This document shows positions 1 through 8,245 of a stretch of DNA of 64,000 nucleotides, one piece after another. The notes below the pieces were generated by a model. The model searched no databases. It worked only from the letters and a program-made list of their open reading frames with translations, and had not been told where the DNA came from. The DNA lies in the IMG/VR virus record IMGVR_UViG_3300008116_000004; one strand, given 5' to 3'. Origin of the DNA: a virus. Positions within the stretch are counted from its first letter, which is position 1, and the number at the start of each line of letters is the position of its first letter. The position numbers and the translations under genes are program-made.

Positions 1-1803
1 GATCTTCACACCTTCTTTTTTACCTTTAACCGCAATACAATCTAATTCAATAACGTTATAAGAACTCTTTACCTGATTAGCGGTTTCTGGTCCGAGGATG
101 ATCTGTACTCCATAGTTTTTTGATTGTCCTTCGAGTCTTGAGGCTAAATTAACATTATCCCCAAGGCAAGTATAATCAAAACGTTGTATACTACCCATGT
201 TTCCCACAACAACATTACCAGTATTGATACCCAATCCCATACCGAACGGGGGGACTCCCTCTTTGGCAATCTCATCATTAAACTCCTTCAACTTATCTAA
301 CATCTTGACTGCAGCTTCAACAGCATGTTTAGCATGCTGTGTATCATCAAGAGGTGCATTCCAAAATGCCATTTGTGCATCACCAATATACTTGTCAAGT
401 GTTCCGTTTGACTCTAAGATAGACTGAGTCATTGCAGTCATGTAACGATTCATTATCTTAGTAAGACCTTGAACGTCTGTACCGTAATGTTCAGATATAG
501 AAGTAAACCCGCGAACGTCAGTAAACATGATAGATAACTCTCTTGTCTCACCACCAAGTTGTAGAAGTTCTGGATTCTTCTGTAACTTCTCGACCATTGC
601 TGGTGATAGATATGTTCCAAATTGCTTCTTGATTTGTAACTTCTGTAGATACTCAGATATCATTTTCTGAGCAACAATCATAAAGTAAATTAGTGAACCA
701 GCTAATAGTATATAAGAAGAATCCCAAAGCTGGTTATAAGTTGTAAACAGATAGCTTTGTGTGTATGCTACTGCAGGAAACAATATTACATAAACTGGAA
801 CTGTCCAAAGTACAGGGAGTCTAGTAACTATTAATATGATAAGAAGACCAAGTAGTGCAAACGCTAATAGTTCTACAGTAGGTGCAATTGCAATACGTTC
901 TGGTGTTGTTCCAGCAAATACAGAAAGTAGTGCCTGTGCTTGTAGATCTTGAACAAATTGTTCACCATGAGGTGTGGCAACTACTGTAGAAACTCCAGAT
1001 GCAGACACACCTAGTATAACTAATTTACCTTCAACATCTTTTTGTTCTACATCTAAGAAATCTATATGCTTAAAACGGCTAGAAGGGTCAAGCCAAATAC
1101 GAGCATTAGCATCAGTGTTAATAGTCTTAAACTGTGGAATGCGTACAGCCTCGATACCTGCTTCTCCAGTTTTAATTTGGAACGATGGGTCATCTGTTAA
1201 TGTTCTTATTATTTCTAAAGGAAGGGAAGGATATAGTTGATCGCCAATTCTCACTACCATTGGCATACGTCTGATAACACCATCTATTTCTGGTGTTGAT
1301 GCAATAGTACCAACACCAGCAGCATTATCTGCAAATTGCTTTAACGGAGCAACAGCACCAGGCCAGCTAAAAGTATAGGGGAGAGGGTCAGCACCAATGG
1401 CAGAAAATCCTCTCCTAACAGCATCAGGTTTTTGGGTTTGGTTGGTAGGCACCTGCGCAAGTACGATACCCCCAGATCCCACAGATTTTGCAAATTCATT
1501 ATCGTGTCCGCTCCTATCGGGTTCTGAAAACAAAATAGGGAATACTATTACACCAGCTTGATAATGACGAAGACGTTCAATCATATCAGCAAACTCTTTA
1601 CGATCAATAGGCCACTGACCCAGCTTTTCGAGAGTCTTATCAGATACGTCTACAATTACAATATCTTCGTTTGTTGTTATCTCTTTACTTCGTAACGTAT
1701 AGTCAATAGACTTAAGTTCAAGAATTTGTACTGGATATGGATTCCAAACCTTAAGTGCTACTAATGCACCAAGTACAAGTAAAGAAATAAGAAGATTTTT
1801 CAT
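1..1803 (-). CDS. CHASE2-domain membrane adenylate cyclase (class III), 3' end runs off the window
   Basis: Absent from the ORF track; translated by hand from ATG at 1803. N-terminal TM, CHASE2 motifs (IVIVDVSDKTLEKLGQWPIDR, FPILFSEPDR), three TMs, then cyclase motifs ELSIMFTDVRGFT, DKYIGDAQMAFWNAP, GINTGNVVVGNMGS, DYTCLGDNVNLASRLEG. Confidence 0.93.
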   Translation of the reverse strand, partial: MKNLLISLLVLGALVALKVWNPYPVQILELKSIDYTLRSKEITTNEDIVIVDVSDKTLEKLGQWPIDRKEFADMIERLRHYQAGVIVFPILFSEPDRSGHDNEFAKSVGSGGIVLAQVPTNQTQKPDAVRRGFSAIGADPLPYTFSWPGAVAPLKQFADNAAGVGTIASTPEIDGVIRRMPMVVRIGDQLYPSLPLEIIRTLTDDPSFQIKTGEAGIEAVRIPQFKTINTDANARIWLDPSSRFKHIDFLDVEQKDVEGKLVILGVSASGVSTVVATPHGEQFVQDLQAQALLSVFAGTTPERIAIAPTVELLAFALLGLLIILIVTRLPVLWTVPVYVILFPAVAYTQSYLFTTYNQLWDSSYILLAGSLIYFMIVAQKMISEYLQKLQIKKQFGTYLSPAMVEKLQKNPELLQLGGETRELSIMFTDVRGFTSISEHYGTDVQGLTKIMNRYMTAMTQSILESNGTLDKYIGDAQMAFWNAPLDDTQHAKHAVEAAVKMLDKLKEFNDEIAKEGVPPFGMGLGINTGNVVVGNMGSIQRFDYTCLGDNVNLASRLEGQSKNYGVQIILGPETANQVKSSYNVIELDCIAVKGKKEGVKI

Positions 1804-2141
1804 TGTGTCTGGTTCACTATCAATGGATATGGATTACAAGATGATATGCCGCAGTACTGTTGTATAGAATAAGAAAGGTTAGAAGAACTATTCTGTGTAA
1901 CTGAAATATTATAGTTATTAAAGTTACCATATAATTCTATATTAGAACTATGATTTCCTCCACCTTGTTGATCTATAGAAACAGTACTGTTATTTAGGTC
2001 TGTTGCTAGAAAGTTTGATGTAGGATCTCCAATCTGAGTAGCAGTTATAGCATTACTATTGCCAGTCAGATTAATAATATTGCTTCCTGCATAACAAGGT
2101 GTAACTATTAGTAATAGAATTAAACTAATTATTTTTTCCAT
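1800..2141 (-). CDS. Small secreted curlin-repeat protein (CsgB-like)
   Basis: Probable start MEKIISL at 2141. Signal peptide followed by N-x-hydrophobic-x-hydrophobic-x-Q-x-G repeats (NSNAITATQIG, NSTVSIDQQGG, NISVTQ). Confidence 0.7.
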   Translation of the reverse strand: MEKIISLILLLIVTPCYAGSNIINLTGNSNAITATQIGDPTSNFLATDLNNSTVSIDQQGGGNHSSNIELYGNFNNYNISVTQNSSSNLSYSIQQYCGISSCNPYPLIVNQTQ

Positions 2142-2860
2142 AGGATTACTTCCATAGTTCCGTCCATATGCTCGACAATTGCTGAGCAAGTTTCGACCCA
2201 ATCCCCACAATTAAGATACGTAACTCCCATAATATCTCGTCTATTAGGATGATGAATATGCCCACAAACAATACCATCACACCCAACAGATTTTGCATAA
2301 TTGCAGAGAGTTTTTTCATAATCGCCTATAAAATTTACAGCTTTTTTGACTTTATATTTAAGCCAAGAACTAATAGACCACGGCTTAAATTTTAATTTAT
2401 TTCTTATTCTATTAATAAAAACATTTATCACTATGGATACATCATAAGCCCAGGATCCAAAATGAGATAACCATTTGGCGTGCTCTATAACAACATCAAA
2501 TTGATCACCATGTATGACAAGATACTTCTTACCATCTACTCCTATATGATAATCTTTATCTATTAATTTTATATTACCAAATTCATGATCGCCAAAACTT
2601 CTTAAAAATTCATCATGGTTACCAGGTATGTAAATTACTTCTGTACCTTTACGAGCCATTCTCATTAACTTCTGAATAACATCGTTATGAGTCTGAGGCC
2701 AATAAAAAGATTTATATAATGCCCAACCATCAATAATATCACCTACTAAGTATAATTTTTCACATTCAAATGTTTTAATAAATTCTAAAACTTGATTAGC
2801 TTGCGACATCTTAGTGCCAAGATGAATATCAGATATAAAAACTGTTTTATACTTGTTCAT
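2129..2860 (-). CDS. Calcineurin-like metallophosphoesterase (LpxH/YbbF-like family)
   Basis: Motifs SDIHLG, GDIIDGW, PGNHDE, HGDQFD, GHIH, NCGDWVE. Confidence 0.88.
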   Translation of the reverse strand: MNKYKTVFISDIHLGTKMSQANQVLEFIKTFECEKLYLVGDIIDGWALYKSFYWPQTHNDVIQKLMRMARKGTEVIYIPGNHDEFLRSFGDHEFGNIKLIDKDYHIGVDGKKYLVIHGDQFDVVIEHAKWLSHFGSWAYDVSIVINVFINRIRNKLKFKPWSISSWLKYKVKKAVNFIGDYEKTLCNYAKSVGCDGIVCGHIHHPNRRDIMGVTYLNCGDWVETCSAIVEHMDGTMEVILWKK

Positions 2861-3978
2861 AGTGATTGCTTTATTGTTATAGTTGTTGAACCAGCATTGT
2901 TTACAACTTGTTTAATTGATATGTTATCTTGAGTTAATTCGTAAGTTGTTGTATGAGTATCTGCCACGTTCAGTTCAGCATAATGATTGACATCTTCTCT
3001 GTATAATACTACATTGTTCATATCATCTACAAAATATTTAAGTCCTGCACCTTTATTATATCTATTATAGTTTGGAAGTAGTGAGTTAAACTCTTCTAAT
3101 TCACTTTGTAAGAATTGTGAACTTTGTGCATCTAAAACATTAAGCATAAAATCTTGATCTAAGAAATTAATATCTAATCTGTTGTTAATAAGATAATCTT
3201 TGTTCAATTCGTCATAAGCTAGAAAATCTACATTGAGGAAATCTTGATCAAGAAAGCTTTTAGTGGTTGTCATTTCATCTTGAGCTTTTTTAATTTCTCT
3301 TGGTGGTGTGACAATGAGAATATTATTAATTTGATTCTCGCTCAATTCTAGTATCACAGGTTTAGTAGGAAGTTTACCTCTTGTATCCACTGATGTAGCT
3401 TGGAATGGTTTAGTCAACCATACTTCACCAGCATCAGTCATAACAACTATTTGTCCTGTGATGCAATCTTTTTCAATGTCTCTGAAGCCGACAGGGCAAG
3501 AAGGTAAAAGAATAATAGTACTGCGACCAATCTCGTCAACAGTAGATGTAAAATCTGTACCTCTGACACCAATCGTAGCAGACGGCGTTTCAACCTTAAC
3601 TTGTTGTGGATCATTCTTTGCAATCTGTCCTGATGTATACTTGACTGTTCCTAAAGCAATCTTAACAGCTAGCTTACCTGCACCTTTGTTAGGATCATAC
3701 ACGAAGTTATCTATCACGAGTTTGCTTTGCTCGGTGATATGAACTTGTGTTTGATCCTCAAAAGTAATACCTGCCTTCGCATTAGCAGTAGTGACAGTAT
3801 CATCCATTTCTACTTTAGTACTAAGCTCGGAAGGTATTACTTCTTTGTTTCGCTTTATTTCTGTTGGACCAGTCTGTTCTGTAACAGTACCTATTGCAGC
3901 ATTAGTAGTTGCTGTTAATAGACATAGTGTTGCCAGAGCCAGTAATAGTCGCTGTAACGCTGCTATCAATTCCACCAC
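2857..3978 (-). CDS. Secreted/periplasmic FecR-domain protein
   Basis: Signal peptide, then FecR-type beta fold (ITFEDQTQVHITEQSKLVID, VETPSATIGVRGTDF). Confidence 0.85.
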   Translation of the reverse strand: MVELIAALQRLLLALATLCLLTATTNAAIGTVTEQTGPTEIKRNKEVIPSELSTKVEMDDTVTTANAKAGITFEDQTQVHITEQSKLVIDNFVYDPNKGAGKLAVKIALGTVKYTSGQIAKNDPQQVKVETPSATIGVRGTDFTSTVDEIGRSTIILLPSCPVGFRDIEKDCITGQIVVMTDAGEVWLTKPFQATSVDTRGKLPTKPVILELSENQINNILIVTPPREIKKAQDEMTTTKSFLDQDFLNVDFLAYDELNKDYLINNRLDINFLDQDFMLNVLDAQSSQFLQSELEEFNSLLPNYNRYNKGAGLKYFVDDMNNVVLYREDVNHYAELNVADTHTTTYELTQDNISIKQVVNNAGSTTITIKQSL

Positions 3979-4576
3979 CTTGATCGATGTTTACTGTATT
4001 TGTTGCACCTACTATAGTTAAATTAGCATTATGTCCACTAGTACTAGCAGCACCAGTTTGTCTTATTTGAACAGTGTTACCGTTACCACCAGAAATGTCA
4101 ACTGCTGATTGTGCACCTGATATTGCAGTTGAATCATTGTTGATAGTTACATCATTATTATCTGAATTAATATCGATAGTAGATGTACTTGAAGATGTAT
4201 CAAAATTGCGACTAATTATATTACCATTACCGTAAACTGTATCTGTCATAGTAATCATAGAACAAGTAACACACAGTAAACTTAAATCATTAAAGTTACC
4301 TGTAAATGTGTGAGTCAATGTGTTACCGTTACCGTCTACTGAGTAGGCAGCTGTATTGTTATTACCTATCTGATCTATCGTTATGGCATTAGAGTTGCCA
4401 TTTATTATCGCGTGATTTGTTGCATCACCAATGCTGTTACCAAGTCCAGTTTGTGTAAAATTAATTGTTGAACTGCTACCAATCTGATCAACTATAATAC
4501 TGTTACTCGCAGCATATGCATATTGAACCATAACAAAGAATGACAAAATCATTGCCAATCTTGTTATTAGTTTCAT
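3902..4576 (-). CDS. Secreted curlin-repeat protein (CsgA/CsgB-like)
   Basis: Signal peptide; many curlin-type repeats (NSIIVDQIG, NAITIDQIG, NTVQIRQTG, NTVNIDQGG); N/G/T/I-rich; adjacent to csgG. Confidence 0.75.
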   Translation of the reverse strand: MKLITRLAMILSFFVMVQYAYAASNSIIVDQIGSSSTINFTQTGLGNSIGDATNHAIINGNSNAITIDQIGNNNTAAYSVDGNGNTLTHTFTGNFNDLSLLCVTCSMITMTDTVYGNGNIISRNFDTSSSTSTIDINSDNNDVTINNDSTAISGAQSAVDISGGNGNTVQIRQTGAASTSGHNANLTIVGATNTVNIDQGGGIDSSVTATITGSGNTMSINSNY

Positions 4577-4579
4577 TCC

Positions 4580-5380
4580 TTACCTCTTTTCTGACCTATG
4601 TTTCCATAATTGTTTTCTCATACCCTCACGGACCATCTGTACTACTGCTTCTTCTATTGCAACTCGAACTGCATATGTTGTAGGCTCATTGATATTATTA
4701 CCAGCCTCAAACTCCACAGTAGTAGTATTCTGGTCTACAAACTTTAACAAATTTCCATTAGTACCTGTGCTAAGAATAGTCTTAGATACTCCCGTTGATA
4801 ATAATATCTCACCAGTATTAATGGAAACTAATCTCAATACTACAGTCACTTCATCTTTACGGTATTGCTGTGATGCACCTATTCCTAATAAACGTGCACC
4901 AGCACCTCCAGATGAAACATTACTATCATAACCTACCACACCACCTTCGATCATAATACCTGCAACGATTAAAGGTTGTAGTGGCTTTGCTTCTTTACCT
5001 TCGTATACTTCTCTCTGACTCTTAATTAGTTGTCTCTCTTTAACTAGGTTATCTAAATTAACTCTCTCAACAACTTTAAACCAAGTCCCACCTCCAGCAT
5101 CCTGGAGAGCCTTTATCATAAACACTTCTGAACCTTGCGATACAGCTGTGCTAAGATCAGCAAAGCGATCATTAGGTTTTCTTTGTCCGGTCAAATCACC
5201 AAACTTGTAAACAGCAACTGGGATAGGATCACTATCAGGTGGCTGTAAATTTACTAAATCATTCTGACGCTTTTTGTAGATAGGAGTAGGCATTTCTGTC
5301 TTTAATTCGTCCCTATAATCTCTAGGCACAGAATTGCATCCTACTAGTAAAAGCGATGCTAAAATTATAATATATTTCAT
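4580..5380 (-). CDS. csgG: Curli secretion channel lipoprotein CsgG
   Basis: Lipobox LVGC; VAVYKFGDLTGQRKP, STAVSQG, WFKVVERVNLDNLVKERQLI, IEGGVVGYDSN, YRKDEVTVVLRLVS. Confidence 0.93.
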   Translation of the reverse strand: MKYIIILASLLLVGCNSVPRDYRDELKTEMPTPIYKKRQNDLVNLQPPDSDPIPVAVYKFGDLTGQRKPNDRFADLSTAVSQGSEVFMIKALQDAGGGTWFKVVERVNLDNLVKERQLIKSQREVYEGKEAKPLQPLIVAGIMIEGGVVGYDSNVSSGGAGARLLGIGASQQYRKDEVTVVLRLVSINTGEILLSTGVSKTILSTGTNGNLLKFVDQNTTTVEFEAGNNINEPTTYAVRVAIEEAVVQMVREGMRKQLWKHRSEKR

Positions 5381-5814
5381 ATTGCAAGACTTCCCAAAGG
5401 AACAGTTATGTCAGTTGTCAAACCACCAGCGTCAGTTATTATTAAATGTATACCATCTGCAGTTGATTCCCAGAATATATTAGAACCAGCAACATCAAAA
5501 GACCCTGTTGTTAATCCTTGATCTGAAAATAACTGCTCAGCAATTTTCTGAGATATAGTAGCGTATATTCTACTCTCTAAGTTATTAAGAAACTTAGCTA
5601 GATTAGTATTTTTAGCATCTGCAGCAGCTTTCGCTTCTGCAGCTTTTTTATCCTCTATAATCTTCATCTTACGAGTGTACTCTTGATTTTCTATCGTAAG
5701 AACATGCGAAGACCACCCTTCACCAGAGAATGAAGGGTTATTAAACTTGAACACCATCTCAGAAGCTGAGGCTGGAGTTATTATCAAAAAACCTGCTAAA
5801 ACGTATCTAATCAT
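5377..5814 (-). CDS. csgF: Curli assembly component CsgF
   Basis: Start MIRYVL at 5814 after GGAGG; mature N-terminus SEMVFKFNNPSFSG resembles the CsgF FQFRNPNFGG motif; adjacent to csgG. Confidence 0.88.
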   Translation of the reverse strand: MIRYVLAGFLIITPASASEMVFKFNNPSFSGEGWSSHVLTIENQEYTRKMKIIEDKKAAEAKAAADAKNTNLAKFLNNLESRIYATISQKIAEQLFSDQGLTTGSFDVAGSNIFWESTADGIHLIITDAGGLTTDITVPLGSLAI

Positions 5815-5828
5815 AAATACCTCCGTGA

Positions 5829-5836
5829 TATTTATA
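5829..5836 (-). promoter_or_regulatory. T4-type late promoter TATAAATA upstream of csgF
   Basis: Exact TATAAATA on the minus strand 14 nt upstream of the csgF start; gp55 is encoded in this window. Confidence 0.75.
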
Positions 5837-5883
5837 AATTTCAATATGAAAATTTAATGAATTTAATTGATGGAGATATTATA

Positions 5884-6165
5884 ATGGCTAAATTAGATGA
5901 ATTAACTGCAAAAGATGTATCAGAGGCTCGTTCACTTCACTCAGAATTAGTAAAGAAGGGTGATGCAACTGCAAGCCATTTTATTTACTGGTATAGTTGG
6001 TTTTGGGCTATAAGCTCCACTGTTTACTTTTTTTGTGTAACTTTTGTACAGTTACCTGAGGGTGGTAGAGATTTTGCAAATATTATTTTAGGATTCTTGC
6101 TTGGTACTGCGGTAGCTACCATCATAGGATTTTTCTATGGTAATAGCGAAAAAGGAGGCTCTTAA
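5884..6165 (+). CDS. Small two-TM membrane protein (holin-like candidate)
   Basis: Start MAKLDEL after GGAG; two hydrophobic helices ending IIGFFYGNS. Confidence 0.5.
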   Translation: MAKLDELTAKDVSEARSLHSELVKKGDATASHFIYWYSWFWAISSTVYFFCVTFVQLPEGGRDFANIILGFLLGTAVATIIGFFYGNSEKGGS

Positions 6166-6482
6166 TGAGTACTAAAACTTTAGAAAAAGGTTCCAAGTAT
6201 AATCAATTTGACGTTGATGGTGATGGAACAGTTACTGATGACGAAATGACTAAAGCACAAGCTATGATCGATGCTGAAAATAAAGACAAAAAAGAAGACC
6301 AGCTTCGTTCCATGGCATGGGTTGCAATGGGAAGCATGGTCTTCTTTACTTTAGCTTTATTTACACCACTTGTTAGCATAGAGAGACTTGGTGCATTAGA
6401 TAATCTATTACAGATGTTCTATATTGCACAAGCTGGTGTAGTTGCTACATTCTTTGGTGCTAATGCCTATATGAGCAAGTAA
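6165..6482 (+). CDS. Membrane protein with N-terminal EF-hand-like loop
   Basis: DVDGDGTVTDDE loop followed by two TM segments. Confidence 0.55.
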   Translation: MSTKTLEKGSKYNQFDVDGDGTVTDDEMTKAQAMIDAENKDKKEDQLRSMAWVAMGSMVFFTLALFTPLVSIERLGALDNLLQMFYIAQAGVVATFFGANAYMSK

Positions 6483-6806
6483 TCAAAGATTACCTGGTTT
6501 AGACATCATATCAATCCCTGATTTCTTATCGTCAGATGTAACAATATAATTGACGGGAGTAATCAGGGATTTCTTTTTCTCAATATCCCATTCTTTTAGA
6601 TAATCATTTTCCTTATCAAAAAGAACTAGATAATCATCTTCTGTAATCTCAGAAACACGAGAGATTGTTTCACCAAGCCATTCTTGGCTAAACTCTTTTG
6701 CTTCTTCCATTGTTACTGTATCTTTAGCATCTTCTTCGTTTTCACAACGAACAACATATGATGTACGATATGAAGATACTGCGTCAACTAGAAACAGTTT
6801 CATCAC
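6483..6806 (-). CDS. Hypothetical phage protein
   Basis: ORF coupled by overlap to the upstream gene; acidic. Confidence 0.6.
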   Translation of the reverse strand: MMKLFLVDAVSSYRTSYVVRCENEEDAKDTVTMEEAKEFSQEWLGETISRVSEITEDDYLVLFDKENDYLKEWDIEKKKSLITPVNYIVTSDDKKSGIDMMSKPGNL

Positions 6807-7003
6807 ACACCATACTTTTTAGCAATGTTATGAATTGTTTTAGCTGCTTCATAATCTGAAACTGTATGGTGAAACCACCCTACAAAAGAACAACCACCAA
6901 TCAATGCTAATGTGTAATCATGGTTAACCATACCATAGATAAATGATATAAAACTAATAAGTGTTACAACTAAAGAACATAAAAACTGTACTTTGAACAT
7001 CAC
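6803..7003 (-). CDS. Hypothetical membrane protein
   Basis: Two hydrophobic stretches; overlaps with neighbours. Confidence 0.5.
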   Translation of the reverse strand: MMFKVQFLCSLVVTLISFISFIYGMVNHDYTLALIGGCSFVGWFHHTVSDYEAAKTIHNIAKKYGV

Positions 7004-7194
7004 GCGGCCCTCACTTTAAAATTGTGAAATTTACCATCACGGTTTAGTTTAGAGACTGCATCGATCCAAGACTTAGCTTCTTTTTCAGATGTAAAATGAA
7101 TCTTATCCGTGACTGTAAGACCATTTAGAACACCTTTAGCAAGAGTCTTTTCGAATTCAACAATGTACTTGTATTGACCTGGGTATACTGACAT
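7000..7194 (-). CDS. Hypothetical early protein
   Basis: GGAGG RBS before MSVYPG; lies downstream of a sigma70-like promoter. Confidence 0.55.
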   Translation of the reverse strand: MSVYPGQYKYIVEFEKTLAKGVLNGLTVTDKIHFTSEKEAKSWIDAVSKLNRDGKFHNFKVRAA

Positions 7195-7221
7195 GTTAGC
7201 CTCCATTACTGTATATATTAT

Positions 7222-7250
7222 ATATTAGCATAGTTTCATAAAAAAAGCCA
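7222..7250 (-). promoter_or_regulatory. Sigma70-like early promoter
   Basis: TGGCTT-N17-TAATAT, overlapping the tRNA terminator. Confidence 0.5.
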
Positions 7251-7271
7251 CTAGTTTTTACACTAGTGGCT
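7240..7271 (-). terminator. Intrinsic terminator after the tRNA
   Basis: AGCCACTAG/CTAGTGGCT 9-bp stem followed by a T7 run on the minus strand. Confidence 0.7.
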
Positions 7272-7276
7272 AATTT

Positions 7277-7352
7277 TGGTAGACGAGGAGGGATTCGAAC
7301 CCCCGATAAGACCGTTATGAGCGGCCGGCCTTGACCACTTGGCGACTCGTCT
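7277..7352 (-). tRNA. tRNA with CAU anticodon, probably tRNA-Ile2 (lysidine type)
   Basis: AGACGAG/CTCGTCT acceptor stem, A discriminator, encoded CCA, GGTTCGAATCC T-arm; anticodon arm GGCCG-CTCATAA-CGGTC resembles alphaproteobacterial Ile2 as I recall it. Confidence 0.9.
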
Positions 7353-7548
7353 AGAAAGGTATATCATACGTTTCACCTAATGCAATTTGTATTTCGGTAA
7401 AACGTATCATATCTTTTAATTTAGCTATTTTTTCTTGATTTTCTTCCCATACAGCATCAGAAAGTTGTTTTTTATATTCCTTCAGCTGTACAGCAAGAAG
7501 AGGAAACGTAAAGTATGTTACTTCCGTTTCATGGACTAGAGCACTCAT
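7351..7548 (-). CDS. Hypothetical protein (coiled coil)
   Basis: ORF track; ATGA overlap with the upstream peptide. Confidence 0.55.
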   Translation of the reverse strand: MSALVHETEVTYFTFPLLAVQLKEYKKQLSDAVWEENQEKIAKLKDMIRFTEIQIALGETYDIPF

Positions 7549-7637
7549 TTCTTCTTACGATTATTCCGTGCTTTTCGTTTTTTAGAACCTACTTTACGGC
7601 GCCCTTTACGAGGACGATTCTTATGAGGGTGTGCCAT
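7545..7637 (-). CDS. 30-aa highly basic peptide MAHPHKNRPRKGRRKVGSKKRKARNNRKKK
   Basis: Translated by hand; AGGAG RBS upstream and ATGA coupling to the next ORF. Confidence 0.65.
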   Translation of the reverse strand: MAHPHKNRPRKGRRKVGSKKRKARNNRKKK

Positions 7638-7646
7638 TATTTACTC

Positions 7647-8087
7647 CTAAAAGTTACCAGGTTGAACCTGTAATACTCTAATACCTTCTTCACGCATAGC
7701 ATCTACTACACGATTACGATCATCAAACCATAAAAAAGGTTCACCCCATTCATCTCGAATTTGTTCAAGCAATTCTTTCTTGACGATACCATCATCTCGA
7801 TAGTCATTAGCTTTTCTCATAAACAAATCGTCGAAATATACATTATATTTAATCAACCAATCTAATGTATCTTTACGACTTGTTTCATCTCGAGCAGAAC
7901 AAAGTACTACTGAACCATAGCTTTTAAAGCACTGAGTCAACCAGATGATATCTTCATGAGGAGTATCTTGTGGAAGTAAAGCTTTAAATGTAGTCCAATC
8001 TTTAGGTGATTTACGAATGTATTGTAGACGGTGATCGAGATTACTTAACGTACCGTCAATATCAAACACAAACACTTTATTATTCAT
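7647..8087 (-). CDS. HAD-family phosphatase (PseT/PNK 3'-phosphatase-like)
   Basis: FDIDGTL, CSAR, LFMRKANDYRDDGIVK, FDDRNRVV motifs. Confidence 0.85.
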   Translation of the reverse strand: MNNKVFVFDIDGTLSNLDHRLQYIRKSPKDWTTFKALLPQDTPHEDIIWLTQCFKSYGSVVLCSARDETSRKDTLDWLIKYNVYFDDLFMRKANDYRDDGIVKKELLEQIRDEWGEPFLWFDDRNRVVDAMREEGIRVLQVQPGNF

Positions 8088-8213
8088 TAATCACCTTGTA
8101 AGCATTTCTGCCAAAATAATACCGAAAATCATACCTGTAAGAAACTGCAGCAGATATAGCGCAATTTCCATTTTAGTTTCTTTTGTCATGTTTTTTCCTT
8201 TCATCATATTATA

Positions 8214-8242
8214 ATAATAGGATATTATGAGAAAAAAATCAA
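8214..8242 (-). promoter_or_regulatory. Sigma70-like early promoter
   Basis: TTGATT-N17-TATTAT. Confidence 0.6.
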
Positions 8243-8245
8243 CTC

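Noticed and set aside
197-1240. Plus-strand ORFs 197..427 and 974..1240
   Set aside because: Antisense shadows of the CHASE2 adenylate cyclase, which the ORF track missed because it runs off the window.
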